The position numbers and the translations under genes are program-made. A stretch of 64,000 bases of DNA from Thermoproteota archaeon (GTDB lineage Archaea; Thermoproteota; Thermoprotei; Gearchaeales; Gearchaeaceae), in assembly GCA_032249235.1 (NCBI GenBank), contig JAVVGF010000001.1:152399-216398 (forward strand). The letters are read 5' to 3'. The first letter of the stretch is position 1; each line of letters begins with the position of its first letter. Under the pieces are notes generated by a model. It was not told where the DNA came from, did not search any database, and saw only the letters and a list, made by a program, of their open reading frames with translations. Below are positions 1 to 8,064 of this stretch, piece after piece.

Positions 1-438
1 AAAAAGAAGATATTTAAGCTAGAATTATCCAGGCGAGAAGCTCAGAATTTATTACCTCATGTTATTAATGAGGAAATAGAGTATGATAGCTACGTTGAAG
101 AAGATTTCTCCAAAAAATTTTATTCTATTGGAGGTGAATGGCAAATAATAAGAGAGCCTGAGCCGATATTAATAGGAAGAGATATTTTCATTCCTGATTT
201 TGTATTGATAAAAAATGATAAGAAAGTTTATCTTGAAATTATGGGATTTTGGAGCGAAGATTATATTAAAAGGAAGATTGAAAAGCTGAAAAAATTGGCT
301 GATATCAATTTAATACTTGCAATAGATTCCTCTCTTGGAAATATTGAAATAAATAATCTTAATCCAAATATATACATTATAAAATATAATAGAAAAATTT
401 CAATAGCAGATATAATTAAAGTACTAAATAAATTTTAG
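1..438 (+). CDS. 3' portion of a longer ORF entering from upstream (hypothetical protein; possible PD-(D/E)xK-type nuclease fold)
   Basis: Frame 1 is open from position 1 through the stop at 438, so the listed 205..438 ORF is an internal Met of a longer protein. The sequence ...RDIFIPDFVLIKNDKKVYLEIMGFW... has the D-x(n)-E-x-K spacing typical of restriction-endonuclease-like folds. No family can be assigned without a search. Confidence 0.4.
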   Translation, partial: KKKIFKLELSRREAQNLLPHVINEEIEYDSYVEEDFSKKFYSIGGEWQIIREPEPILIGRDIFIPDFVLIKNDKKVYLEIMGFWSEDYIKRKIEKLKKLADINLILAIDSSLGNIEINNLNPNIYIIKYNRKISIADIIKVLNKF

Positions 439-1377
439 TTATTTTGTTTTCCTTTCCTTAATTTTCTTTATTAATATAGGCAAAAATTGATATAAGTCAG
501 CTACTATACAATAATCTGCATAATTGAATATGGGTGCGCTTTTTTCTTTATCTAAAGCAACAATTATTTTAGAATCTTGTATACCTCCAATATGCTGTGG
601 GGCTCCTGAAATTCCAATCGCGAAATAAAGATTAGGTTTAATTATTTTTCCTGAAATTCCAATCCATCTATCTTCAGGTAGCCATTTGTAATCTGCTGCA
701 ACAGGTCTTGAAGAACCAATTTGTGCATTAATTAACGAGGCAAGTTCTTCTGCAAGCTTCAAATCTTCTTTTTGTTTAAATCCTCTACCTACTCCTATTA
801 CTATTTCAGCTTGTGAAATATCTACACCGCTTAAAGCTTTCTTTTCAACTTTTTCAAATTTAATGTTCGAAGCAGGCAATTCTTCTATGTATCTTATTTT
901 AGTTTCGCTTTTAAGTTCAATATCTAATTTCTTTGAAGAAACAGTAAGAGCTATCGATTCCTTCTTGTTTATGGATATTTTGCTAATAGCTTTTCCTCCA
1001 AAAACTTTTCTTGTTAAAATTAAATTTTCTTCTTCGATATCAATTTGATAAACATCTGTGAACATCGGTAAGTTTAGATGCGCTGCTATTCTTGATATTA
1101 TGTCATTATCGTTACTCGAAGAACTTCCAATAATATACTTGAAATTTTTATTAGTTACTTCATTCTTTAATATTGCTTCATACTGATCGAGAAGCGCTTT
1201 CTTCTTAATCAAAATTAGTTCATCTACTCCTTTATTAATGATTTCATCTTTGATTTCTGAATCTAAAGTTATCGCAACAAGATTTTGGCCTAATTTAGAT
1301 TTGAGCAAATAAGCAAAGCTTAAAGGATATATAACTCGCTTTGGTTCATCTGAAAATACAATAATTGAAGAGCTCAT
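439..1377 (-). CDS. etfA: electron transfer flavoprotein alpha subunit
   Basis: 312 aa. The C-terminal FAD-binding region matches EtfA signatures (SGAPQHIGGI, IGISGKIIKPNLYFAIG, RPVAADYKWLPEDRWIGISG). It overlaps the upstream beta-subunit gene by 4 bp at 1374–1377. Confidence 0.9.
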   Translation of the reverse strand: MSSSIIVFSDEPKRVIYPLSFAYLLKSKLGQNLVAITLDSEIKDEIINKGVDELILIKKKALLDQYEAILKNEVTNKNFKYIIGSSSSNDNDIISRIAAHLNLPMFTDVYQIDIEEENLILTRKVFGGKAISKISINKKESIALTVSSKKLDIELKSETKIRYIEELPASNIKFEKVEKKALSGVDISQAEIVIGVGRGFKQKEDLKLAEELASLINAQIGSSRPVAADYKWLPEDRWIGISGKIIKPNLYFAIGISGAPQHIGGIQDSKIIVALDKEKSAPIFNYADYCIVADLYQFLPILIKKIKERKTK

Positions 1378-2174
1378 ATTTTTATCACACCTTCTTCGAG
1401 CAATTTATCTATCAATTTATCTGCTACTTCTTCAAGATTCTTTCCTTCAATAAATATTCTTTTTCTTTTCACTTGCAATGCTAAATATTCTTGTTTGATA
1501 GCTTTTTTATCCAAATTGACGCCTAACGATTTAAGATCATACTTAATCAAGGGTTTATTTTTAGCTTGTAGTATTTGTCTTAAAGTTGGTATTCTTGGTT
1601 GATTTATCTCGCCTGTAACGCTTAATACACATGGCAATTTTACTCTTAATGTTTCTATTTCATATTCAGTACTTCTTTGAACGATTGCTTCTTCACCTTG
1701 AATTTCTATTTTATTGACGAATGTAACTACAGGTATTCCAAGGAGGGTAGCTAATCTAGAAGCAAATTGTGAAGAAGTCGTATCTTGAGAATACTCGCCT
1801 GCTAAATATATATCGAAACTTCCTATTTTCTTTATTAAGCTACATGCAACAATAGCTGTTTCTCTCGTAGTAGCATTTACAACGTTATCATCTATTACTA
1901 AATGAAATTCATCTGCCCCCATCGATAAGACTTCTCTTGCTATTTTTTCTGCATCTGAAATTCTTTTTTGAACCGGCCCCCAAGTTAATATAGAAAAAGC
2001 TGAAACCTTTCCTCCATATTTTTCTTTTATTCTTATAGCTTCTTCAACTGCATTTTTATCATATTCGCTTATCGCTAATGGAGTTTCTTCGATGTTGACT
2101 TTTCCTTCGCTTTCCATTTTCAATAAATTCAAGTTTAGAGCAGGCTTAACGAAGACTGCGATGTTGAATGGCAT
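1374..2174 (-). CDS. etfB: electron transfer flavoprotein beta subunit
   Basis: The track ORF extends to 2285. The conserved EtfB N-terminus MPFNIAVFVKP... begins at the internal ATG at 2174, and the 37 aa upstream are low-complexity and would overlap the thiolase start. This gives a 267 aa product with a typical EtfB core (DEFHLVIDD, NKIEIQGEEAIVQRSTEYE). Confidence 0.85.
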   Translation of the reverse strand: MPFNIAVFVKPALNLNLLKMESEGKVNIEETPLAISEYDKNAVEEAIRIKEKYGGKVSAFSILTWGPVQKRISDAEKIAREVLSMGADEFHLVIDDNVVNATTRETAIVACSLIKKIGSFDIYLAGEYSQDTTSSQFASRLATLLGIPVVTFVNKIEIQGEEAIVQRSTEYEIETLRVKLPCVLSVTGEINQPRIPTLRQILQAKNKPLIKYDLKSLGVNLDKKAIKQEYLALQVKRKRIFIEGKNLEEVADKLIDKLLEEGVIKI

Positions 2175-2180
2175 ATCTGC

Positions 2181-2208
2181 CTTATTATAAAACTGTTTTC
2201 TATAAATA
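2181..2208. promoter_or_regulatory. Candidate bidirectional promoter between divergent etfB and thiolase genes (TATA-like boxes cttattataaaa and tataaata)
   Basis: This is an A/T-rich 78 bp divergent intergenic region. The tataaata box at 2201–2208 lies about 27–34 nt upstream of the etfB ATG (2174, minus strand) and about 45 nt upstream of the thiolase ATG (2253). Confidence 0.3.
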
Positions 2209-2252
2209 TTTCGTAGAGTTAAGTTAATTACTAATAAAGAAGGAAATATCGT

Positions 2253-3434
2253 ATGAGAAAAGTAGGAATAATAGGAGTAGGTCATTCAAAATTTGGAGTT
2301 AGAAATGATGTGAACATGAATGAGCTTGTTCTAGAAAGCTTTAAGCCAGCCTTAGATGAGGCAAATATTGATCTCAAAGATATTTCTTTTCTTGTAGTAT
2401 CTAATGTTGGACTTTGGAGTAGTGAAGAATTACCCGCGATAACGATAGCTGAATATTTGGGCTTAACAGGCAAAGGAGCTATGCGTATAGAAGCTGCATG
2501 TGCATCAGGAAGCGCCGCCTTGAAAGTTGCTCATGATATGATTAGCTCAGGCGAAGCTGAGATTGTAGCAGCTATAGGTGTAGAGAAAATGAATGAAAGC
2601 TTTACTCCTAACGTTGTTGAGATAATTGGAAGGGCTGGAAATTATTTCTGGGAATTTGAAAACTTCGGAATGACTTTTCCTGGTTATTATGCGATGTATG
2701 CCACAGCTTATATGAGTGTATATGGTGCTACGGAGGAAGATTTAGGCGAGGTTGCGATAAAAAATCATTTTTATGGTGCTAAGAATCCTTTAGCCCATTT
2801 CCAAAAAGAAATAACGATGGAAGATTATCTTAAATCAAAATATGTAGCGTGGCCAATTAAACTTTTAGATTCAACACCTATATCTGATGGTGCTGTAACT
2901 GTAATATTAGCCAGCGAAGATGCAATAAGAAAAATTGGCTCTAAAGATGTTATTTGGATAAAATCAATTGGTTATTCGACTGATACTTCTAATCTGAGTA
3001 AAAGAAGTGATTTTCTTAGTCTTGAAGCCGCTAGAAGGGCTGCAGAAATAGCATATAAAAAAGCATCTATCGATCCTAGTAAAATAACTAATTTAATAGA
3101 TGTTGCAGAAGTACATGATTGTTTCACAATAGCTGAAATTTTAGCATATGAAGATCTTGGTTTCTTCAAAAGAGGAGAGGGTTTTCTTGCGTTAAGAGAG
3201 AAACAAACATATAGAGGTGGAAAAATACCTGTGAACTTAAGTGGAGGCCTAAAGGCTAAAGGTCATCCCATAGGCGCAACAGGACTATCAATGATAGCTG
3301 AGTTGACCAAACAATTAAAAAGACAAGTTGAGAAATCAAGACAGGCAGACATTAAAAATGGATGGGCTTTGGCTCATAATGTAGGAGGAACAGGTCATTA
3401 TGCATATGTAACTATTTTATCTACGGAGAAATGA
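2253..3434 (+). CDS. thiolase (acetyl-CoA C-acetyltransferase / 3-ketoacyl-CoA thiolase, SCP-x-type archaeal thiolase)
   Basis: 393 aa. Active-site Cys context IEAACASGSAAL, the C-terminal motifs VAEVHDCFTIAE and NLSGGLKAKGHPIGATG, and the N-terminus MRKVGIIGVGHSKFG are typical of archaeal SCP-x-type thiolases. Confidence 0.9.
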   Translation: MRKVGIIGVGHSKFGVRNDVNMNELVLESFKPALDEANIDLKDISFLVVSNVGLWSSEELPAITIAEYLGLTGKGAMRIEAACASGSAALKVAHDMISSGEAEIVAAIGVEKMNESFTPNVVEIIGRAGNYFWEFENFGMTFPGYYAMYATAYMSVYGATEEDLGEVAIKNHFYGAKNPLAHFQKEITMEDYLKSKYVAWPIKLLDSTPISDGAVTVILASEDAIRKIGSKDVIWIKSIGYSTDTSNLSKRSDFLSLEAARRAAEIAYKKASIDPSKITNLIDVAEVHDCFTIAEILAYEDLGFFKRGEGFLALREKQTYRGGKIPVNLSGGLKAKGHPIGATGLSMIAELTKQLKRQVEKSRQADIKNGWALAHNVGGTGHYAYVTILSTEK

Positions 3435-4006
3435 AATCCCAAAAAGAGCAGTTTGATGAATTCTTAGAAACACTAGATAAAGCTGTTAAAGAAGCAAAAA
3501 GAGCAATAAAACTACCATTAATACCTGATCAAAAAACAGGCAAAATTCTTTGGATATCAAATAGAGAGCTAAAATTAAGATATGTCTTAAGTGTTGAAAA
3601 CATAAAAGAATTTTTTGAAGGACTGCTTCAAGGAAGATTGCTTGCATCGAAGTGCAAGCAATGTAATTCAATATATTTTCCTCCGCAAAAGTATTGCAAT
3701 AAATGTAAAAGTTCAGAAATGGGATGGCAAGAATTGAGCAATGAGGGAGAACTTTTAACCTTTACAAAAATTTCTGTAAAGCCTTATAGTTTTTCACATC
3801 TTGAAGACTATATTATTGGGATTGCAAGATTAAAAGAAGGAATTAATGTTCTCGCTTGGATTGATGAAAAAGACATATCTAAACTTAAGCGAGGCATGAA
3901 AGTAAAGTTAAAAGTTATTGAAAGAAGTGAAGAAGGATATCTAACTTACGGATTTATACCTGAATATAGTAATCTTGATTCAAGCTCAAAAGTATTCGAA
4001 TCTTAG
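3431..4006 (+). CDS. DUF35 OB-fold/zinc-ribbon protein (thiolase-associated scaffold)
   Basis: 191 aa. The zinc ribbon CKQCNSIYFPPQKYCNKCKS is followed by an OB-fold region. A 4-bp ATGA-type overlap with the thiolase stop gives the classic thiolase+DUF35 gene pair. Confidence 0.8.
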   Translation: MKSQKEQFDEFLETLDKAVKEAKRAIKLPLIPDQKTGKILWISNRELKLRYVLSVENIKEFFEGLLQGRLLASKCKQCNSIYFPPQKYCNKCKSSEMGWQELSNEGELLTFTKISVKPYSFSHLEDYIIGIARLKEGINVLAWIDEKDISKLKRGMKVKLKVIERSEEGYLTYGFIPEYSNLDSSSKVFES

Positions 4007-4013
4007 CTTACTG

Positions 4014-4772
4014 CTAGTATCTTAAATACTTAATTTTAGGAAAAACCAAAACTTCTCCTTCTACGCTTATAGCTACCATTTCATCTATATCTATTTTTCT
4101 AAGAAAAGGCGATAATAATTCTTCTTTAGGCAATAAATTTATCTCTGTACCGCTCGCATAGTAACATATAGCAGGTAGGACTAGAATTTCTTTGTCTAAC
4201 TTTCCATAAAGAAAACATTTCACTTTAATCTTGCTGCCCGTTTCAGAATATAAAACAATAGCTGGGTGTTCATGAGCCATTATTAAGAAATCTGCATTCC
4301 TCATCAATTCTTCGCTTGGCATTTCTTCACCGTGAAAGAAAAGATAATTCATCATGAGAAATTCTTGTCTATAGACTTTCAATCTTAATTCTTTTGCAAA
4401 TGCATCTACGTAGTTATCATGATTTCCTTTGATTAAGATGATTTCAACATTTTCGTTTAAAATTTCATTTCTAACATAGTTAACGAATGAATATAATTCG
4501 TCGATTTCTGAATCATCTACTTCATCAAATTCGTTTTTGATATCTCCAACGACTATAATTCTTTTGATATTTCCTTCTTTACTTACTTCTCTTACAACAT
4601 TCTCTATTTGTTCAATAATATACTTTAGATTTAACTTCGGTAAAAAAACACCGTTTTTTGCAGCCACCCCTTCGTAACCTAAATGAAGATCAGCTAAAAC
4701 AATAGCGCTAAGGCTTTTTATATAAATTAGATAAGAATCCTTAAAAATAACAACATCTCCTTTAATCTCCAT
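4014..4772 (-). CDS. metallophosphoesterase (calcineurin-like phosphoesterase superfamily)
   Basis: 252 aa with the metal-binding motifs ADLHLG.., VVGDIKNEFD, IKGNHDN, FFHGEE and MAHEHP in canonical order. Confidence 0.7.
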   Translation of the reverse strand: MEIKGDVVIFKDSYLIYIKSLSAIVLADLHLGYEGVAAKNGVFLPKLNLKYIIEQIENVVREVSKEGNIKRIIVVGDIKNEFDEVDDSEIDELYSFVNYVRNEILNENVEIILIKGNHDNYVDAFAKELRLKVYRQEFLMMNYLFFHGEEMPSEELMRNADFLIMAHEHPAIVLYSETGSKIKVKCFLYGKLDKEILVLPAICYYASGTEINLLPKEELLSPFLRKIDIDEMVAISVEGEVLVFPKIKYLRY

Positions 4773-4828
4773 GATACATATTTTAGCACTTCGAAATAAT
4801 ATTAAAATATTTTCATGTATTTGTTCTA

Positions 4829-5272
4829 TTGCTGGCGATGTATGAGGAGAAGCTAACAGGCAAAACTTTGCTTGTATATATGTATTTATTAAATAAAAAT
4901 AGAGTTACTGCAAGAGAAGTAAAAGACGCCTTAGGATTATCAAGCACGAGTTTAGCTATTTATTATTTAGAAAGGTTATGTCAAATGGATCTTGCAGATA
5001 AAGAACCAGGTGGGCATTATGTTTTAAAGAAAAAAGTAGATATAGGCATATATAGTTTTTATGTTGGATTATATGGGTTTTATTTGCCAAAATTCTTACC
5101 TTATGCAATTTTCTTTACTGTTCTTTTAATATCATATATTTATTTTTATTTGGATTCAATAAATTTATTTGCCTTATTTGCATTAATCTCTACATCTATA
5201 ATATTTTGGTATGAAACTTTAAAATTATATTTTAAATTAAAATCACTATATAAGGGAAGAATTAAGCGCTAG
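4829..5272 (+). CDS. membrane-associated winged-helix regulator-like protein (N-terminal wHTH, C-terminal 2–3 TM helices)
   Basis: The track ORF starts at a TTG at 4829; the first ATG is at 4838. The N-terminal ~70 aa (KNRVTAREVKDALGLSSTSLAIYYLERLCQMDLAD) look like a MarR/ArsR-type wHTH. The C-terminal half is strongly hydrophobic (YAIFFTVLLISYIYFYL, LFALFALISTSIIFWY). Confidence 0.4.
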   Translation: MLAMYEEKLTGKTLLVYMYLLNKNRVTAREVKDALGLSSTSLAIYYLERLCQMDLADKEPGGHYVLKKKVDIGIYSFYVGLYGFYLPKFLPYAIFFTVLLISYIYFYLDSINLFALFALISTSIIFWYETLKLYFKLKSLYKGRIKR

Positions 5273-7928
5273 CCAATTTTGTTCTTGCAATTACTAATTT
5301 ATCCAAATCCTCTTTGCTTATATTTAATTTCTGTAATATTGCTTGATGCAATTCTCTTAACTTCTTTCTTCTGTCTTTCATTAATATTACATCTGCTTCT
5401 CCAAACGTTATTAAAGTATGAGAGAATGGCGAAGGTACTTTTGTAGAAATGACTTTGTATTCAATTTCTTTATTTTTTATACTTTCTAAGATTTTCTTTG
5501 CATTCGGCAAATCCATTATATCTTCTAAAATTTCTCTTATTGTTTCTTCAATTATAGGGAAGTTTGGATCTATTTTCTTGCATGCTTCTAATAGTATTTG
5601 AGAATTTATTTGTTGCTTATTTACACTTATTTTATATCCTTTATAATTTCTCAAAACTAAAAAGCTCCTTGTTGAATTATGTCTGAATTTTCTTTTCATC
5701 AATTCTGTATATTCTAAATATTCCCTCAACAAATCTTCTAAGTTAGTATTGTATATTTCTTGGAATATTTCTGAGATTATTTTTTCATTAATTTTGCCAT
5801 AAACTTCTTTTGGTAATATAATTGAGAAACCATTATCATGAACAATAGTTCCTACATCAACATCAAATTTTCTACTTAAGATTATAGCAAATATTCGTGC
5901 AAGTGCATCGTTAGTCCTACGTCCATATAAAGCGTGGAATATGAGATGGTATCTTCCATCGAGATCCATCGTTTTTTCGATAAGCAATAGTTTATCATTG
6001 GGTATTACCTTTGCAAAAAGGAATTGCTCTAAAAAATATGACTTCATAGCTTTCTTTGAATGTTCATCTACAGGTAATTGATCTATTAACTCGCTGAAGT
6101 CTTCATTCTTTTTCAATTTCTCATATACTTTCCTTCTGAATTCTCCAATCCTCATTGCTAAATCGAAATTTAAAGGAAGTTGTTCAGAGAACCAAGGAGG
6201 TATAGTAGGTGCTTCATTTTCCGTGCGCTCGACATAGCATCTCATACCTTTGCTATGGGAAAATCTATAAGTTTTACCTCCTAAGACAAATACATCGCCT
6301 TTCTTAAGTCTCATTAAGAATTCCTCTTCTATGTTTCCTATCCACTTCTTTTCAGGTAACAAAAATACATCTACTGAAACTTCATCTGGAATTGTACCTA
6401 TGTTTAAAAAGTAAATTGTTCGAACATATCTTCCTCTTCTTCCGAACATTTGATCAGCTTCATCAAACCAAATTTTACCATAAACTTTTCTATCTTGCAA
6501 TTCAACATAATGTCCAGCGAGGTATTTTAGAAGTTTTATGAATTTCTCTTCACTTAAATCCTTATATGGATAAGCTCTTCTTATTACTTTCAGTGCCTCA
6601 TCTACATGCCATTTCTTATTAATAGCCATGCCTACAACATGTTGAGCTAAAACGTCTAGGCAATTTCTAGGCATATAAAATCTATCTAGTAAACGTTTAT
6701 TCGCATAATACAACATAATAGCACATTCAACTAGATCATCTCTGTTCATTACGATAATTCTCCCAATTGAGACATCTTGGAATTTATGCCCACTTCTTCC
6801 TATTCTTTGAATAGCTCTTGTAATAGATTTGGGCGATCCTAATTGAACCACAGTTCTTATATAACCTATATCTATACCTAATTCTAAACTAGTAGAAGAA
6901 ACTACTGCTTTTAACAATCCTTTTTTTAATCTCTCTTCAACATCCAATCTAACAATTCTCGATAAAGATCCATGATGAGCTGCAATTTCTTCATCTGTAT
7001 ATTTGAATTTCTTCTTTAAGTTGAAAACTACCCTTTCTGTGCCACTTCTAGTATTTGTGAATATCAGTACAGTAGGAGAATTGGTTATGATTTCATGCAG
7101 AATTTCATACATTCTATTTTCTATGACATCATCAGGAGTATAGATTAAATCTTCAACAGGAGAAATAACCTTCAAATCATATTGTTTTTCCCATGATACA
7201 TCTACAATCCAGCATTCTCTGAAGTTTCCGTTATCATCTAAACCCATTAAAAACTTAGCAGCTTCTTCTATAGGGTGTAATGTTGCTCCCAAACCTATTC
7301 TTATAAAGTCTCTTCCTAATAATTCTCTTAGTCTTTCAAGCGATACGGCTAAATGGACTCCTCTTTTATTGTTTGCTAATTCATGTATTTCATCTACTAC
7401 TACATATTTCACATTTTTTATCTTCTCAATGAACTTTGGTGAATTCAAGATGATAGCAAAGCTTTCAGGCGTCGTAACTAAAATATGTGGGGGCTTTTTG
7501 AGTTGTTTTTGTTTTTCGGAAGGAGATACGTCTCCGCTCCTAACTGCTACACGTATCTCAGGAATTTTTATGCCTTCTTTCTCTATCATAGCCTTAATTT
7601 CGCTCAAAGGTTCGCTAAGATTTCTTTTTATATCGTTATTCAAAGCCTTAAGAGGAGATATGTAAATACAGTAAACTTCATCTTTAAGTTCATTTTTAAG
7701 GGCTAAATCGAATAGCTTTGATATTATGACTAAGAAAGCTGATAAAGTCTTTCCTGAACCTGTTGGAGCAGTTATTAACAAGCTTTTCTCTTCACTCAAT
7801 AGCTTAAAAGAGTAATATTGTGGGGGTGTCAAATCTAGGAATTTTCTTTCAAACCATTCCCTAACATAGCGATTTAAACAGCTGAGATTTTCTTCCTTTG
7901 AGAATTTCCTTAGAGGATAATGAAACAT
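5262..7928 (-). CDS. lhr: Lhr-like ATP-dependent DEAD/DEAH-box helicase (large helicase-related protein)
   Basis: 888 aa. It has Walker A TAPTGSGKTL, DEIH box VVVDEIHEL, SAT-like LGATL, helicase motif VI QRIGRSGH, and a long C-terminal Lhr-type extension. Confidence 0.85.
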   Translation of the reverse strand: MFHYPLRKFSKEENLSCLNRYVREWFERKFLDLTPPQYYSFKLLSEEKSLLITAPTGSGKTLSAFLVIISKLFDLALKNELKDEVYCIYISPLKALNNDIKRNLSEPLSEIKAMIEKEGIKIPEIRVAVRSGDVSPSEKQKQLKKPPHILVTTPESFAIILNSPKFIEKIKNVKYVVVDEIHELANNKRGVHLAVSLERLRELLGRDFIRIGLGATLHPIEEAAKFLMGLDDNGNFRECWIVDVSWEKQYDLKVISPVEDLIYTPDDVIENRMYEILHEIITNSPTVLIFTNTRSGTERVVFNLKKKFKYTDEEIAAHHGSLSRIVRLDVEERLKKGLLKAVVSSTSLELGIDIGYIRTVVQLGSPKSITRAIQRIGRSGHKFQDVSIGRIIVMNRDDLVECAIMLYYANKRLLDRFYMPRNCLDVLAQHVVGMAINKKWHVDEALKVIRRAYPYKDLSEEKFIKLLKYLAGHYVELQDRKVYGKIWFDEADQMFGRRGRYVRTIYFLNIGTIPDEVSVDVFLLPEKKWIGNIEEEFLMRLKKGDVFVLGGKTYRFSHSKGMRCYVERTENEAPTIPPWFSEQLPLNFDLAMRIGEFRRKVYEKLKKNEDFSELIDQLPVDEHSKKAMKSYFLEQFLFAKVIPNDKLLLIEKTMDLDGRYHLIFHALYGRRTNDALARIFAIILSRKFDVDVGTIVHDNGFSIILPKEVYGKINEKIISEIFQEIYNTNLEDLLREYLEYTELMKRKFRHNSTRSFLVLRNYKGYKISVNKQQINSQILLEACKKIDPNFPIIEETIREILEDIMDLPNAKKILESIKNKEIEYKVISTKVPSPFSHTLITFGEADVILMKDRRKKLRELHQAILQKLNISKEDLDKLVIARTKLASA

Positions 7929-8064
7929 TACAGATTTTTATTTTCTCATAAGAAACTTAAATAAATTGCAGAAGAAATACCGTTATTTCCTAAGTATTAC
8001 GCAAATTACAATCTTATCTTCTAGTTTGGACAGTTTTAAAATTCTATATCAGATTCATATAGCT

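Noticed and set aside
863-1048. Short antisense ORFs embedded in long genes (e.g. 863..1048, 2282..2473, 2972..3169, 3486..3671, 7369..7706, 8805..9026, 11316..11531, 17809..18024, 18655..18927, 19920..20129, 20913..21122, 25047..25322, 27891..28073, 34690..34908, 35275..35466, 36760..36951, 39022..39246, 45001..45207, 46825..47121, 49144..49395, 54901..57456 set, 58087..60552 set)
   Set aside because: All lie opposite or out of frame within well-supported long CDSs. Their products are low-complexity, hydrophobic or AT-codon artefacts (Ile/Leu/Phe/Ser-rich) typical of AT-rich genomes. There is no independent evidence of coding.
2175-2285. N-terminal 37-aa extension of the etfB ORF (MTYSYYSYFSH...) reaching 2285 and overlapping the thiolase start
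   Set aside because: The conserved EtfB N-terminus begins at the internal Met (MPFNIAVFVKP). The extension is low complexity and would run through the divergent promoter region. It is most likely not translated.
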